A stretch of 64,000 nucleotides of DNA from the NCBI GenBank assembly GCA_964621305.1, contig CAZUOM010000005.1, positions 18,647-82,646 of the forward strand. The letters are read 5' to 3'. The notes beneath the pieces were generated by a model. The model was not told where the DNA came from and searched no databases. It saw only the letters and a program-made list of their open reading frames with translations. Shown one piece after another: positions 39,057 through 48,287 of this stretch (position 1 is the stretch's first letter; the number at the start of each line of letters is the position of its first letter). This DNA comes from an uncultured Gammaproteobacteria bacterium (GTDB lineage Bacteria; Patescibacteriota; Microgenomatia; UBA10105; UBA927). A program made the translations under genes and the position numbers.

Positions 39057-42000
39057 TCACTTTCGATCCTTTTTGCATCATCGACCAAAATGGTAAGGCG
39101 GTCGTCCTTCTCGTCGACGCGGCCGGATACAAGAACTATTGCATCGCGGCTCCAGAGGTCGCTCGTTTTGGCAAATATTTTGGGGAATACGACTAATTCG
39201 ATGACTCCTCCTAAATCCTCGATGCGCACAAAAGCCATTTCGCTGTTGCCGGCTTTGGTAAGGATTTTCTTCACATTTGTAACCATGCCGCAGACAGTCA
39301 CGCGGCTGCCGACAGAATCCTGGTTAACGTCAGCGAGCGAAACAATCGGAGTTGCGCTGTCAACTGAAATTCGTGTCAGGACCGTCGCAAGGGGGTGCTC
39401 GGTGAGATAGTAACCGAGAAGCTCTTTTTCGTAGGACAGAAGCACCTGCTTGGGCAGTTCGGCTACAGCCGGAAGCGCATCCACCAGCTGATCCGAACCA
39501 TTTTCATCTGTGTCGAACAGACCAACTTGACCCCAGGCAACAGCCTTTCTTACCCGGTGGGCTTCCTCAAGAATAACAAGAAGTGCTTCCAACAGTTGTG
39601 CGCGGCTGCCGAATACATCCATGGCGCCCGCTTTAATAAGGCTCTCAAGAGTCTTTCTGTTTACTTTAGACAAATCAACTCGCCTTATAAAATCAGTAAG
39701 TGATTTAAACGACCCTCCGGCTGAATGAGCCGAAAGGATGCTTTCAATCGCGGCAGTTCCAACATTTTTGATTGCAGATAGACCAAAACGGATTTTCCCC
39801 CCTTCTATTGTAAATTCTACATTCGAAGCATTAACGTCTGGTGGCAAAAGCACTATCCCAATTCGTCGGCACTCCTCAACTGCACGGGCTATTTTTTCAT
39901 CGCGCGCCGGCCCTGTGGTTCCACGAGATTCAGCTGTCAGGACAGCGGTCATATATTCGACGGGGAAATTGGCTTTTAGGTACGCAGTCTGATAGGCAAT
40001 CATCGCGTAACAAGCTGCATGCGCTTTATTAAATCCGTAACCGGCAAACGGCTCGATTAAGTGAAAAATTTCTTCAGCTTTTGTTTTATTTATCCCATTT
40101 TTGACACAACCTTCAATAAACTTCTCTTTTTGCTTTTTCATTTCAGACGGAATTTTTTTACCAACTGCTTTCCTTAGCTTATCTGCATCACCCCACGAGT
40201 AACCCGCAAGCGTAATAGCCGTTAAAAGCACATCGTCTTGATAACAAATGATTCCGTATGATTGCTTGAGGACGTCTTTTAGTCGCGGATCCGGATAAGT
40301 AATATGCTTGGGATCGTGTTTTCTCCTGATAAATTCCGGAATAACTTGCATCGGCCCGGGCCGAAACAAAGCTACCATTGCCATAAGATCAAAAACAGTC
40401 GTCGGCTTGAGCTCTTTGACGTAGCGGCGCATGCCTGTCGATTCCAGCTGAAATATGCCTGTGGTTTCGCCAAGCGATAGAAGTTCAAAAGTCTTTTTAT
40501 CGTCAAGAGCTATTTTTGACAAATCAATTTCAGTCTTGTGAACAACTTTAATGAATTTTAGCGCTTGTGAAAGGATCGTGAGGTTCCTTAGCCCCAAAAA
40601 ATCCATTTTAAGTAGCCCAACCCCGTCCTCACCGACTGTGTACATGTCATACTGAGTTACAATTTTTTCGCCACGAGTTTCTTTCTGAAGTGGCGTGTAT
40701 TCTACTAGTGGTTTATCAGCAATTACTACTCCTGCAGCGTGCACCGATGCGTGACGGGCAACCCCTTCAAGTTTCCTAGCTACATCCAAAAGTTTTTTGG
40801 TTTCCGGTTCATTTTTATAAGCGCTAGCAAGATCCGGTGACTGCTCAAGCGCTTTATCAATTGTCATTGGTGCACCCTGATAGCCTGGGGGGATCATTTT
40901 AGCAATCCTGTCTGGCGCCGCGTACAGCATACCTAGCGCCCGGCCCGCGTCCCGCACAGATCCGCGCGCCTCCATCGTACCGAAGGTGACGATTTGAGCT
41001 ACCTTATCGTCACCATACCGGGCAGTCACATAGGCTATGACTTCATCCCGCCGATCGTCGGCAAAATCTAGATCGATATCAGGCGGACTAGGCCGCTGGG
41101 GGTTGAGAAAGCGCTCAAACGGAAGCTTAAAGTAAAACGGGTCGATACCCGTAATCCCCAGTGAATACGAAACAACCGACCCTGCCGCCGATCCTCGACC
41201 CGGACCAACTGCTATCCCGCGACTTCTGGCCCAATTGACGAAATCTGCAACAATCAAAAAATACGTCGCGTATCCCTTGGTCTTGATGATGTCTAGCTCA
41301 TACGTTATGCGCTCCTTGATGGCTTGGGTAATATCTCCATACCGCTGCGGAGACCGCTCCCAAACCAGTTTTTCTAAATATTCTGCAGGACTATCTTCAC
41401 CCTTCGGAAGGGGAAAATGCGGCAGGATCCAGTTTCCGATAGCCAATTTAATATCGCACATATCAGCAATCCGTTTCGTATTTTCGATTGCATCAGGATA
41501 CTGGATAAAGAGACCGCGCATTTCCTCTGGAGAACGCATGTAAAAATCCGGAGAGTCGATCATTGACAAGGGTCGGTTTTTCTCGATGATCGTGTGCTGG
41601 GTCTGCACGCAAAGAAGAATTTCCTGAGCCTCGGCGTCATCAGGGTCAACGTAATGAATGTCGTTGGTAGCCACAATCGGCAAACCAAGTTTTTTTGCAA
41701 GAACCACAAGCTTTTCATTGACCATATCGCAGTCAGGAATCTTTGGGTGTTTTTGAAGCTCCAGATAATAGTGCTGGGGCCCAAAAAGCTCCGCGTACTG
41801 TTTGGCAACGGTTTGGGCTTCTTCATCCTGATTGTTTCGCAAAAGTGAAGGTACTTGGCCGTTGAGGCAGGCAGACAGGCAGATTAAGTCATCGTGATAT
41901 TTTTGCAATAGTTCCCAGTCGATCCTGGGTTTGTAGTAGTACCCCTCCAAATGCGCGTGAGTAACCAACTTCATCAAATTTTTGTAACCGTTTTCGTTTT

Positions 42001-42280
42001 TGGCAAGTAAAACCAGGTGAAAGGGGTCAACGTCGACTTTGGCCTCTTTATCAAAGCGCGATCTTTTGGCTACATAAGTCTCAACGCCAATAATCGGCTT
42101 GATGCCTGCTGCTTTTGCCTTAAGGTAAAACTTAAAACTCCCGTACATCGCCCCGTGGTCGGTTAAAGCCAATGCATCCATCCCAAAGCTCTTTGCCCGC
42201 TCAATAAGGTGATCCAGCTTCCCCAACCCATCCAGAAGCGAGTACTCGCTATGAACATGAAGATGCACAAAATCGGACAT
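39053..42280 (-). CDS. dnaE: DNA polymerase III alpha subunit
   Basis: 1075 aa; N-terminal PHP domain [18 protein letters not shown], polymerase core and OB-fold C-terminus. Confidence 0.95.
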   Translation of the reverse strand: MSDFVHLHVHSEYSLLDGLGKLDHLIERAKSFGMDALALTDHGAMYGSFKFYLKAKAAGIKPIIGVETYVAKRSRFDKEAKVDVDPFHLVLLAKNENGYKNLMKLVTHAHLEGYYYKPRIDWELLQKYHDDLICLSACLNGQVPSLLRNNQDEEAQTVAKQYAELFGPQHYYLELQKHPKIPDCDMVNEKLVVLAKKLGLPIVATNDIHYVDPDDAEAQEILLCVQTQHTIIEKNRPLSMIDSPDFYMRSPEEMRGLFIQYPDAIENTKRIADMCDIKLAIGNWILPHFPLPKGEDSPAEYLEKLVWERSPQRYGDITQAIKERITYELDIIKTKGYATYFLIVADFVNWARSRGIAVGPGRGSAAGSVVSYSLGITGIDPFYFKLPFERFLNPQRPSPPDIDLDFADDRRDEVIAYVTARYGDDKVAQIVTFGTMEARGSVRDAGRALGMLYAAPDRIAKMIPPGYQGAPMTIDKALEQSPDLASAYKNEPETKKLLDVARKLEGVARHASVHAAGVVIADKPLVEYTPLQKETRGEKIVTQYDMYTVGEDGVGLLKMDFLGLRNLTILSQALKFIKVVHKTEIDLSKIALDDKKTFELLSLGETTGIFQLESTGMRRYVKELKPTTVFDLMAMVALFRPGPMQVIPEFIRRKHDPKHITYPDPRLKDVLKQSYGIICYQDDVLLTAITLAGYSWGDADKLRKAVGKKIPSEMKKQKEKFIEGCVKNGINKTKAEEIFHLIEPFAGYGFNKAHAACYAMIAYQTAYLKANFPVEYMTAVLTAESRGTTGPARDEKIARAVEECRRIGIVLLPPDVNASNVEFTIEGGKIRFGLSAIKNVGTAAIESILSAHSAGGSFKSLTDFIRRVDLSKVNRKTLESLIKAGAMDVFGSRAQLLEALLVILEEAHRVRKAVAWGQVGLFDTDENGSDQLVDALPAVAELPKQVLLSYEKELLGYYLTEHPLATVLTRISVDSATPIVSLADVNQDSVGSRVTVCGMVTNVKKILTKAGNSEMAFVRIEDLGGVIELVVFPKIFAKTSDLWSRDAIVLVSGRVDEKDDRLTILVDDAKRIESD
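42206..42280. repeat. direct repeat copy A (= first 25 codons of dnaE)
   Basis: 75 nt; ~91% identical to 43027..43101; all 7 differences are synonymous third-codon positions. Confidence 0.85.
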
Positions 42281-42288
42281 GAGGGAAT

Positions 42289-42675
42289 TTATGTTAGCTT
42301 TTCAATCTTTTCCTTTATTAGTCGAGCACTGCCAAATGCTTCGCTGATTTCTGCCTTGCTATATTGAGGTATATCAGGCGGATATCTAGATTCAATATAG
42401 AAACCGGTCAAAAGTTCGCATGCATCTCTAAGCTCTTCAAGAACTGCGTTTATTCTTACACATTCATTTAATAATAATGGTAATTCATGCACCCGAGGCG
42501 GTTCAACGCCGTGAAACACAAGGAATCCCTTTAAGAATTTTTCGGCGACCTGCTGGGAAAGAAAACATATTTGTGGATATATTTGTTCCTCTTTTAGTCC
42601 AACCTCCGCATAACGGTAATCAGAAATCGCGGAATCAAACCATTCTTTTGCTAATTTTTTTTTATGATCGTCCAT
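42289..42675 (-). CDS. HEPN-domain protein (toxin component of a HEPN/MNT pair)
   Basis: 128 aa; AEKFLKGFLVFHGVEPPRVHELPLL and YIESRYPPD match the HEPN (PF05168-type) core; overlaps the upstream MNT gene by 14 nt. Confidence 0.75.
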   Translation of the reverse strand: MDDHKKKLAKEWFDSAISDYRYAEVGLKEEQIYPQICFLSQQVAEKFLKGFLVFHGVEPPRVHELPLLLNECVRINAVLEELRDACELLTGFYIESRYPPDIPQYSKAEISEAFGSARLIKEKIEKLT

Positions 42676-42988
42676 AGAGCATAGTCCCTTCGGATAGTAT
42701 TCGGATAATAAAATAGTCGCCTAATGATATTCTTTTTTCTAATTCATCAGGAGTATACACGAGAGCATCCAGTGGATACCTGCGCTCCATCCCCCGAAGC
42801 GATGCGAACACTTCTTTAGTACGAAATGGTCTTCTCTTGTCGCTCTTTTTAATAATTAAAAGATCGATATCAGAATCATTGTGAATTTCTCCTCGAGCAA
42901 GGGAACCAAAAAGAATTACCTTATCCGGTTTATAACTATCGACGATCTTTTGAACCAATTGTTTCGCCTCCTCTTGAATATCATTCAT
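42662..42988 (-). CDS. minimal nucleotidyltransferase (MNT) domain protein
   Basis: 108 aa; [22 protein letters not shown] = GS-x9-DxD nucleotidyltransferase motif. Confidence 0.8.
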   Translation of the reverse strand: MNDIQEEAKQLVQKIVDSYKPDKVILFGSLARGEIHNDSDIDLLIIKKSDKRRPFRTKEVFASLRGMERRYPLDALVYTPDELEKRISLGDYFIIRILSEGTMLYGRS

Positions 42989-43026
42989 AACAGTTCAATT
43001 GTAATTATTAGTCTTGAGGAAAACAA

Positions 43027-43101
43027 CAGGTGATCCAGCTTCCCCAAGCCATCAAGAAGCGAGTACTCGCTATGAACATGAAGATGAACGAAGTCTGACA
43101 T
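43027..43101. repeat. direct repeat copy B: orphan duplicate of the dnaE 5' end (encodes [25 protein letters not shown] then 13 unrelated codons and a stop overlapping the MNT start)
   Basis: see copy A; reading frame from ATG 43099..43101 (minus strand) stays open for 38 codons. Confidence 0.85.
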
Positions 43102-43108
43102 AGTTTTT

Positions 43109-43930
43109 CTAGCGAGACGTATTTCTAGGCATCATTTCAAGGTCGGGTTTCCAAGAAGTAAGTTTTACCCGAGTGTCTTTTTGCGCTTTAGAATGAGACA
43201 TTGCTATTTCCGCTTGGTTAAATAGTTCGTTTGTTTTAATCGGTTCGTCTGGCCCGTCATAAAAGCTTATTCCAACACTTAACCCAATCTCTCTCATCCC
43301 TGGTACCTGATCAAAACTCTCCATTGCTTTTTCGATTCTTTGAATAAATTGATAAATAGTAATAGGTTTTGGGACATTTAATAGCGTTATTCCAAATTCG
43401 TCTCCAGAAAATCTACCTACTACATCATAGGGTCGTTTAGCAGCGTCGAATATATTTCCCATAGTTTTAATTACTTCGTCCCCCGCCTCGTGGCCCAAAA
43501 CGTCATTTACTTTAGTTTTGAAATGATCAAAATCAATATATAGGAAATAGACATTGCCGCCTTGTCTTTTTGCAAGATTAATCATACGCTGAGTAGATCT
43601 TGCCATCGATTCCTTATTTGGCAGACCAGTTAAAGGATCTTTACCAGATTTTATTTTTTCTCTCATTGAATCCCCAACATTGTGCCGCAATTGACTCACA
43701 ATCGAATTGATAGACTGTTTCACATGGACTCGAGCAAGAACGCCCGGCAAAAGATCGTTCCATTTCGCACGGTATGCCTCAAGCAGCATGTGATGGTAAG
43801 GGTCTTCTAATTCACCATGTATCGAATAAGTCAACTGTTCGCGGAGCCGTTTCTGCATGTCATTTGGTATTCTTCTAAAATCTGCTCTAGCAAAAATTAT
43901 TTTATCATCGCCTGTTATTTCTGCTGACAT
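43109..43930 (-). CDS. GGDEF-domain diguanylate cyclase-like protein (SGDEF variant) with ~100-aa uncharacterised N-terminal domain
   Basis: 273 aa; DPLTGLPNK...[25 protein letters not shown]...RFSGDEFGI are the conserved GGDEF-domain blocks; A-site reads SGDEF. Confidence 0.75.
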   Translation of the reverse strand: MSAEITGDDKIIFARADFRRIPNDMQKRLREQLTYSIHGELEDPYHHMLLEAYRAKWNDLLPGVLARVHVKQSINSIVSQLRHNVGDSMREKIKSGKDPLTGLPNKESMARSTQRMINLAKRQGGNVYFLYIDFDHFKTKVNDVLGHEAGDEVIKTMGNIFDAAKRPYDVVGRFSGDEFGITLLNVPKPITIYQFIQRIEKAMESFDQVPGMREIGLSVGISFYDGPDEPIKTNELFNQAEIAMSHSKAQKDTRVKLTSWKPDLEMMPRNTSR

Positions 43931-43934
43931 AGTG

Positions 43935-45263
43935 TCATAAAAGAAAATTTTTTAACTTCTTCAAGGACAATTCTGCTTGCGCCGTCGGAAGAAGTTTTTT
44001 TATTTGACCAACCAGGAAAAACATCGCCTGCTGTTTTCCCTTTTTATAATCTTCTACCGCTTTTGGATTTTCGGAAAGGACTTGTTTGATAATTTTTTCC
44101 AGTTTCTCATCTGAGACACTCGACCCGGCACCAGATTGTTGAGCAATTTGCGCAAGCAACTCTTCTGGCGAAACCGTCGCTATATCTATTTTTTTATTTA
44201 TTATCCAATTCGCAATTGTTTTCGGGCTTGTTTTTTTGTTAATGGCGGCTTTTTCAAAGTAATCTGCACGCTCTCGCGTCTCCGTAAGAAGAGCCGCATC
44301 ATATTGACTTAGGTTATATTGCTTCATAAACCGCTCTTCTTTTGCCTCCGGCAATTCTCCAATTTGGGATTTGAGATTTGTGATTTGGGATTTCTCCCAT
44401 GTTATGGGAGGGATGTCCGGTTCAGGAAAATACCGGTAGTCATGGGCTTCTTCTTTCTCCCGTTGAGCCTGCGTAATTCCTTTGGATTCGACAAACCCCC
44501 GCGTCTGCTGCGTCGGCCTTTCGCCGCGTTCCAACATCTCAGTCTGGCGTTCAACCTCAAATTCAATCGCTTTTCTTGCAAATTTAAACGAGTTAATGTT
44601 TTTGATTTCCACTCTGTAATTTGGATATTGGATATTGGTAGTATCGGATATTGGTAGTATTGAGACACTGGGCTCGATTCGCATGCTACCCTTCTCCATA
44701 TCTGCATCGGAAATACCCAGATACCGAATGATTCTCTGGAGTTTTTTGAGAAATATATGAACGTCTTCCGATGAACGGAAATCCGGCTCGGTAACAATCT
44801 CAACCAACGGTACGCCGCTTCGGTTAAAATCAATCAAGCTTACTCGCTCGCCGTTTACTCCTGCATGCTGCAGCTTCCCGGTGTCTTCCTCCAAATGTAC
44901 CCGCCTAATGCGTATGTTATTAAACGATCCGTTAACGCAAAACGGAGCGTCATATTGAGATATTTGATAGCCTTTTGGAAGATCAGGATAAAAATAGTGC
45001 TTGCGGTCAAATTTACTCTCTAATGGGATTTTGCAATCCAGAGCCAAGCCAAGAAGGACAGTCCATTCAACTGCTTTCCTGTTAGGTACAGGCAAAGATC
45101 CCGGCAATCCCAGACAGACTGGGCACGTAATCGTATTTGGCTCTCTGCCAAAATGATCCGCCGGGCAGCCGCAAAACATTTTGCTTTTTGTCGCAAGCTC
45201 CACATGGACCTCAAGGCCGATAATTGGTTGGTATGTCATAATGTTGGCCGTCTTGTATTCCAC
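43935..45263 (-). CDS. gatB: Asp-tRNA(Asn)/Glu-tRNA(Gln) amidotransferase subunit B
   Basis: 442 aa; N-terminal YQPIIGLEVHVELATKSKMFCGC and zinc-ligand cysteines; followed by gatA/gatC. Confidence 0.9.
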   Translation of the reverse strand: MEYKTANIMTYQPIIGLEVHVELATKSKMFCGCPADHFGREPNTITCPVCLGLPGSLPVPNRKAVEWTVLLGLALDCKIPLESKFDRKHYFYPDLPKGYQISQYDAPFCVNGSFNNIRIRRVHLEEDTGKLQHAGVNGERVSLIDFNRSGVPLVEIVTEPDFRSSEDVHIFLKKLQRIIRYLGISDADMEKGSMRIEPSVSILPISDTTNIQYPNYRVEIKNINSFKFARKAIEFEVERQTEMLERGERPTQQTRGFVESKGITQAQREKEEAHDYRYFPEPDIPPITWEKSQITNLKSQIGELPEAKEERFMKQYNLSQYDAALLTETRERADYFEKAAINKKTSPKTIANWIINKKIDIATVSPEELLAQIAQQSGAGSSVSDEKLEKIIKQVLSENPKAVEDYKKGKQQAMFFLVGQIKKLLPTAQAELSLKKLKNFLL

Positions 45264-46648
45264 TGGGTCGCTGCTTCATAAACAGAACCCACTTGAAACA
45301 GTCGTTCTTCGGAAAATTGGGGCCCGATCAGCTGCATCCCGACCGGCAACTCTCCGGCAAATCCGCACGGAATATTAAGAGCCGGAACGCCTGCCAGATT
45401 GACCGGACACACAAAAATATCGGAAAGGTACATGGCAAGCGGATCGTTGGTTTTCTCCCCGATACGAAACGGCACTGTGGACGATGAAGGGGCGACAATT
45501 ATGTCAACTTTTTTAAAAGCTTCATCAAAGTCTTTTTTGATAAGCGTCCGGACTTTTGCAGCTTTTTTGTAGTACGCCTCATAATATCCTTGAGAAAGAG
45601 CAAACGTCCCCAGCATAATCCGTCGTTTTGCTTCTGCCCCCAACATTGATCGTTTGTGCCCGTAGCGGATGCCGTCAAAGCGGGAAAGGTTGGAGCTGAC
45701 CTCCGACGGGACGAGAATGTAGTAGCAAGCCATCGCATAGTCGGTATGCGGCAATGAAATCTCCACAGTCCGTGCTCCCAACTCCTCCAATTTCCGTATC
45801 GCATCCTCTGTGAGGTGCCGGACATCTGACTGCATACCGGGTAAAGACAGATACTCTTTTGGTACGCCGATGACAAAATCTCGCATGTTTTTGCCCAGAG
45901 CGTTCGTATAGCGGGCAACGGAAACAGCGGGCGTCGTTGCATCATGCACGTCTTTACCCGCAGTAATTTCGTAAAGCAGCGCGCAGTCTGCAACCGTTTT
46001 GGTCATGTGGCCAATTGTGTCAAAAGACGACGCCATAGCTATGATGCCGTAGCGTGATACTCGTCCGTATGTAGGTTTTATGCCAACAAGATTGCAAAAT
46101 GCGGCCGGTAGTCTCACAGAGCTCCCCGTATCAGTCCCGGTTGCCGCAAGACACATGCCAGCTGCTACAGCAGCCGCCGAACCGGAGCTAGATCCACCCG
46201 GTACGCGACTTAAGTCATAAGGATTCTTTGTCGGTCCAAAATCGGAATTTTCCCCGGACGATCCATGCCCCCACGCATCTTCATTTGTTTTCCCGATGAT
46301 GATAGCTCCCGCCTCCTTTAACCGTTCCACGGCTGTCGAGTCAAACGGCGGCAAATAATTATCAATAATTTTTGCTCCGGCAGTTGTTCGTAAATCTTCT
46401 GTCGTAAATAGATCTTTACATGCAATCGGTATTCCCAGAAGCGGCTTCTTTGTCCCACTGGCTCTCTGTTTATCGGCACTGTCCGCTTGATCCATGACCT
46501 CATCACGGTTGACTGTAAGGAAAGCGTGAACTCTGGAATCTACAGTCTCTATTCTGTTAAGGCACGCGCCAACGAGCTCGCGGCACGAGTACTCCTTCTT
46601 TCCCAATGATTCAAGTGCCGACCGTATCGCCACGTTCTTAATATCCAT
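45236..46648 (-). CDS. gatA: Glu-tRNA(Gln) amidotransferase subunit A (amidase)
   Basis: 470 aa; amidase signature GGSSSGSAAAVAAGM. Confidence 0.9.
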   Translation of the reverse strand: MDIKNVAIRSALESLGKKEYSCRELVGACLNRIETVDSRVHAFLTVNRDEVMDQADSADKQRASGTKKPLLGIPIACKDLFTTEDLRTTAGAKIIDNYLPPFDSTAVERLKEAGAIIIGKTNEDAWGHGSSGENSDFGPTKNPYDLSRVPGGSSSGSAAAVAAGMCLAATGTDTGSSVRLPAAFCNLVGIKPTYGRVSRYGIIAMASSFDTIGHMTKTVADCALLYEITAGKDVHDATTPAVSVARYTNALGKNMRDFVIGVPKEYLSLPGMQSDVRHLTEDAIRKLEELGARTVEISLPHTDYAMACYYILVPSEVSSNLSRFDGIRYGHKRSMLGAEAKRRIMLGTFALSQGYYEAYYKKAAKVRTLIKKDFDEAFKKVDIIVAPSSSTVPFRIGEKTNDPLAMYLSDIFVCPVNLAGVPALNIPCGFAGELPVGMQLIGPQFSEERLFQVGSVYEAATQWNTRRPTL

Positions 46649-46699
46649 AGAATACCTGTAAACTAGGTTGTTTTTCCTCCGACCGGAGAAAAAACAACG

Positions 46700-47008
46700 T
46701 CATTCAAAAGCTCCTATAATTTTGACTTTCACAAAACCGCTATATGATGCGGGGGCATTCTTGAGCGCCTCTTTTTGTGAAAGCATTCTCGAGGTATCAA
46801 CCTCGTCCTCACGGAAAACATTCGTTAATCCTGTTACCTGGGCTGTGGGCTCGACGCTCGTCGTGTCGCACTCATTTAGTTTTGTGACGTACGTTAATAC
46901 TGACGAAAGTTGTGTTGTAAAAAGTTTTTTCTCTTCATCAGTCAGCCTGAGCATTGCAAGTTTTTCCACTCGATCGATATCAATGACCGGCGTTTGTTTT
47001 TTTAACAT
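46700..47008 (-). CDS. gatC: Glu-tRNA(Gln) amidotransferase subunit C
   Basis: 102 aa; IDIDRVEKLAMLRLTDEEKKLFTTQLSSVLTYV matches the GatC helix-loop pattern; first gene of the gatCAB operon. Confidence 0.8.
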   Translation of the reverse strand: MLKKQTPVIDIDRVEKLAMLRLTDEEKKLFTTQLSSVLTYVTKLNECDTTSVEPTAQVTGLTNVFREDEVDTSRMLSQKEALKNAPASYSGFVKVKIIGAFE

Positions 47009-47079
47009 ATGCAGTGATTATAGATGAGTAATGGAAACTACGAAAGAAGACTTTTTATCTATAGCCTGTAATATTTGAC

Positions 47080-47430
47080 TTGAAATCTATTTATGGTAAA
47101 CTTCTTATTCTTATGTCAGAAATGGATCGCGACATATCTGTTCATCCTTATCTTAGGAATATCTATCCTTATCTTGATGCATATATTCCAGAGGGTGGGG
47201 CATCTGACACAGCTACAGGTGTCTGCATGCTGAAACAGGCTGTAGATTTAGCTATAGAAGGAACAAGCTTAACGGGAAACTGTTTGAATGGAAATCTTCT
47301 TGTAAAGAATGACGTAGCGATACAATTTAGGCAAGCCGCATATGCATCATGCACTAAATGTCCTATAAATGAAAAATATGCACACCGTGTCGAAGTTTCA
47401 CCGACGCTTCGATCATTAATGGATGAATAA
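47080..47430 (+). CDS. hypothetical protein in an AT-rich insert
   Basis: 116 aa ORF; composition noticeably AT-richer than flanks; Cys-containing, no TM, no recognisable motif. Confidence 0.3.
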   Translation: MKSIYGKLLILMSEMDRDISVHPYLRNIYPYLDAYIPEGGASDTATGVCMLKQAVDLAIEGTSLTGNCLNGNLLVKNDVAIQFRQAAYASCTKCPINEKYAHRVEVSPTLRSLMDE

Positions 47431-47455
47431 AAAATTCAAGGAACTTCCTCGTATC

Positions 47456-48229
47456 TCATCGACGCACTAATACAAATTGGTGAGCCTGCCACTCAAGCGC
47501 ATCGTCAAGGGGCTGTAAGTCGATTTTTTTCTGATACTTCAATTCAAGCGCTTTACCAATCAGCCAGTCGGCGAGGTGAGGGTTTTTCGGGAGTAGCGGC
47601 CCGTGGAAGTAGCTGCCGATGGCGTTTTTATAAACCGCCCCTTCATATCCATCCTCTCCATTGTTTCCATATCCTTTAATCACTCTCGCGAGCGGTTTCA
47701 TCTTAGCCCCTAAATACGTCCTCCCACCGTGGTTTTCAAAACCTACTATTTTCCTGTTTTCCCATGAACCATGAGCCATGAGCCATGAACTCAGCTCAGC
47801 AACCACATTCCCAATCAACCTCTTCTTCTGATCTCCCGGGTGCTCGGTGTACAGGTCAAAAATACCTGCTCCGGGTATCTTTGCGCCTTGGTAGGGTTTG
47901 TAATAATGGCCGACGAACTGGTAGGCCGCACAGACAAATAGCGCCGGAATTCCTTTTTCGACCATTTTTTTGACTGTTTCTGATTTTTTGCCCAAAAAAT
48001 CCTCTGCGACAATCTTCTGCTGCCGATCCTGCGCCCCACCCATAAAGAGAAGATCGCAACGCTCGAGAGTCGGGTATCGAGTTTCGAGAGTGATGCGTTC
48101 AGCTCTTAGCTCAATGCCTCTCCACACGCACCGCTTCGTCAAACAAATAATATTCCCACGATCACCATATGTCGACATTAGGTCGGGATATAACCACCCT
48201 ATGGTAATGCTCTGTTTCATCTTTTTCAT
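47456..48229 (-). CDS. gatD: lipid II isoglutaminyl synthase glutaminase subunit (CobB/CobQ-like GATase)
   Basis: 257 aa; ITIGWLYPDLMSTYGDRGNI...LLFMGGAQDRQQ...ALFVCAAYQFVGHYY matches the GatD family; directly downstream of murT. Confidence 0.75.
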   Translation of the reverse strand: MKKMKQSITIGWLYPDLMSTYGDRGNIICLTKRCVWRGIELRAERITLETRYPTLERCDLLFMGGAQDRQQKIVAEDFLGKKSETVKKMVEKGIPALFVCAAYQFVGHYYKPYQGAKIPGAGIFDLYTEHPGDQKKRLIGNVVAELSSWLMAHGSWENRKIVGFENHGGRTYLGAKMKPLARVIKGYGNNGEDGYEGAVYKNAIGSYFHGPLLPKNPHLADWLIGKALELKYQKKIDLQPLDDALEWQAHQFVLVRR

Positions 48230-48287
48230 GACCTAGCAGTGAAAAGCGGCCGCTTGTTACTACTAGGTTTTAAAGGATCTTAGACTT

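Noticed and set aside
42206-43101. The dnaE-5' duplication as a pure assembly artefact
   Set aside because: Strain-collapse artefacts rarely create an in-order tandem duplication with a precisely preserved ORF, a stop overlapping the next start, and exclusively synonymous differences. The caveat is kept in the finding, but the feature is reported.
43109-43930. Calling the SGDEF protein catalytically inactive
   Set aside because: Ser substitutions at the first A-site glycine are tolerated in some active cyclases, and the flanking catalytic Asp/Glu residues appear present, so no conclusion is drawn.
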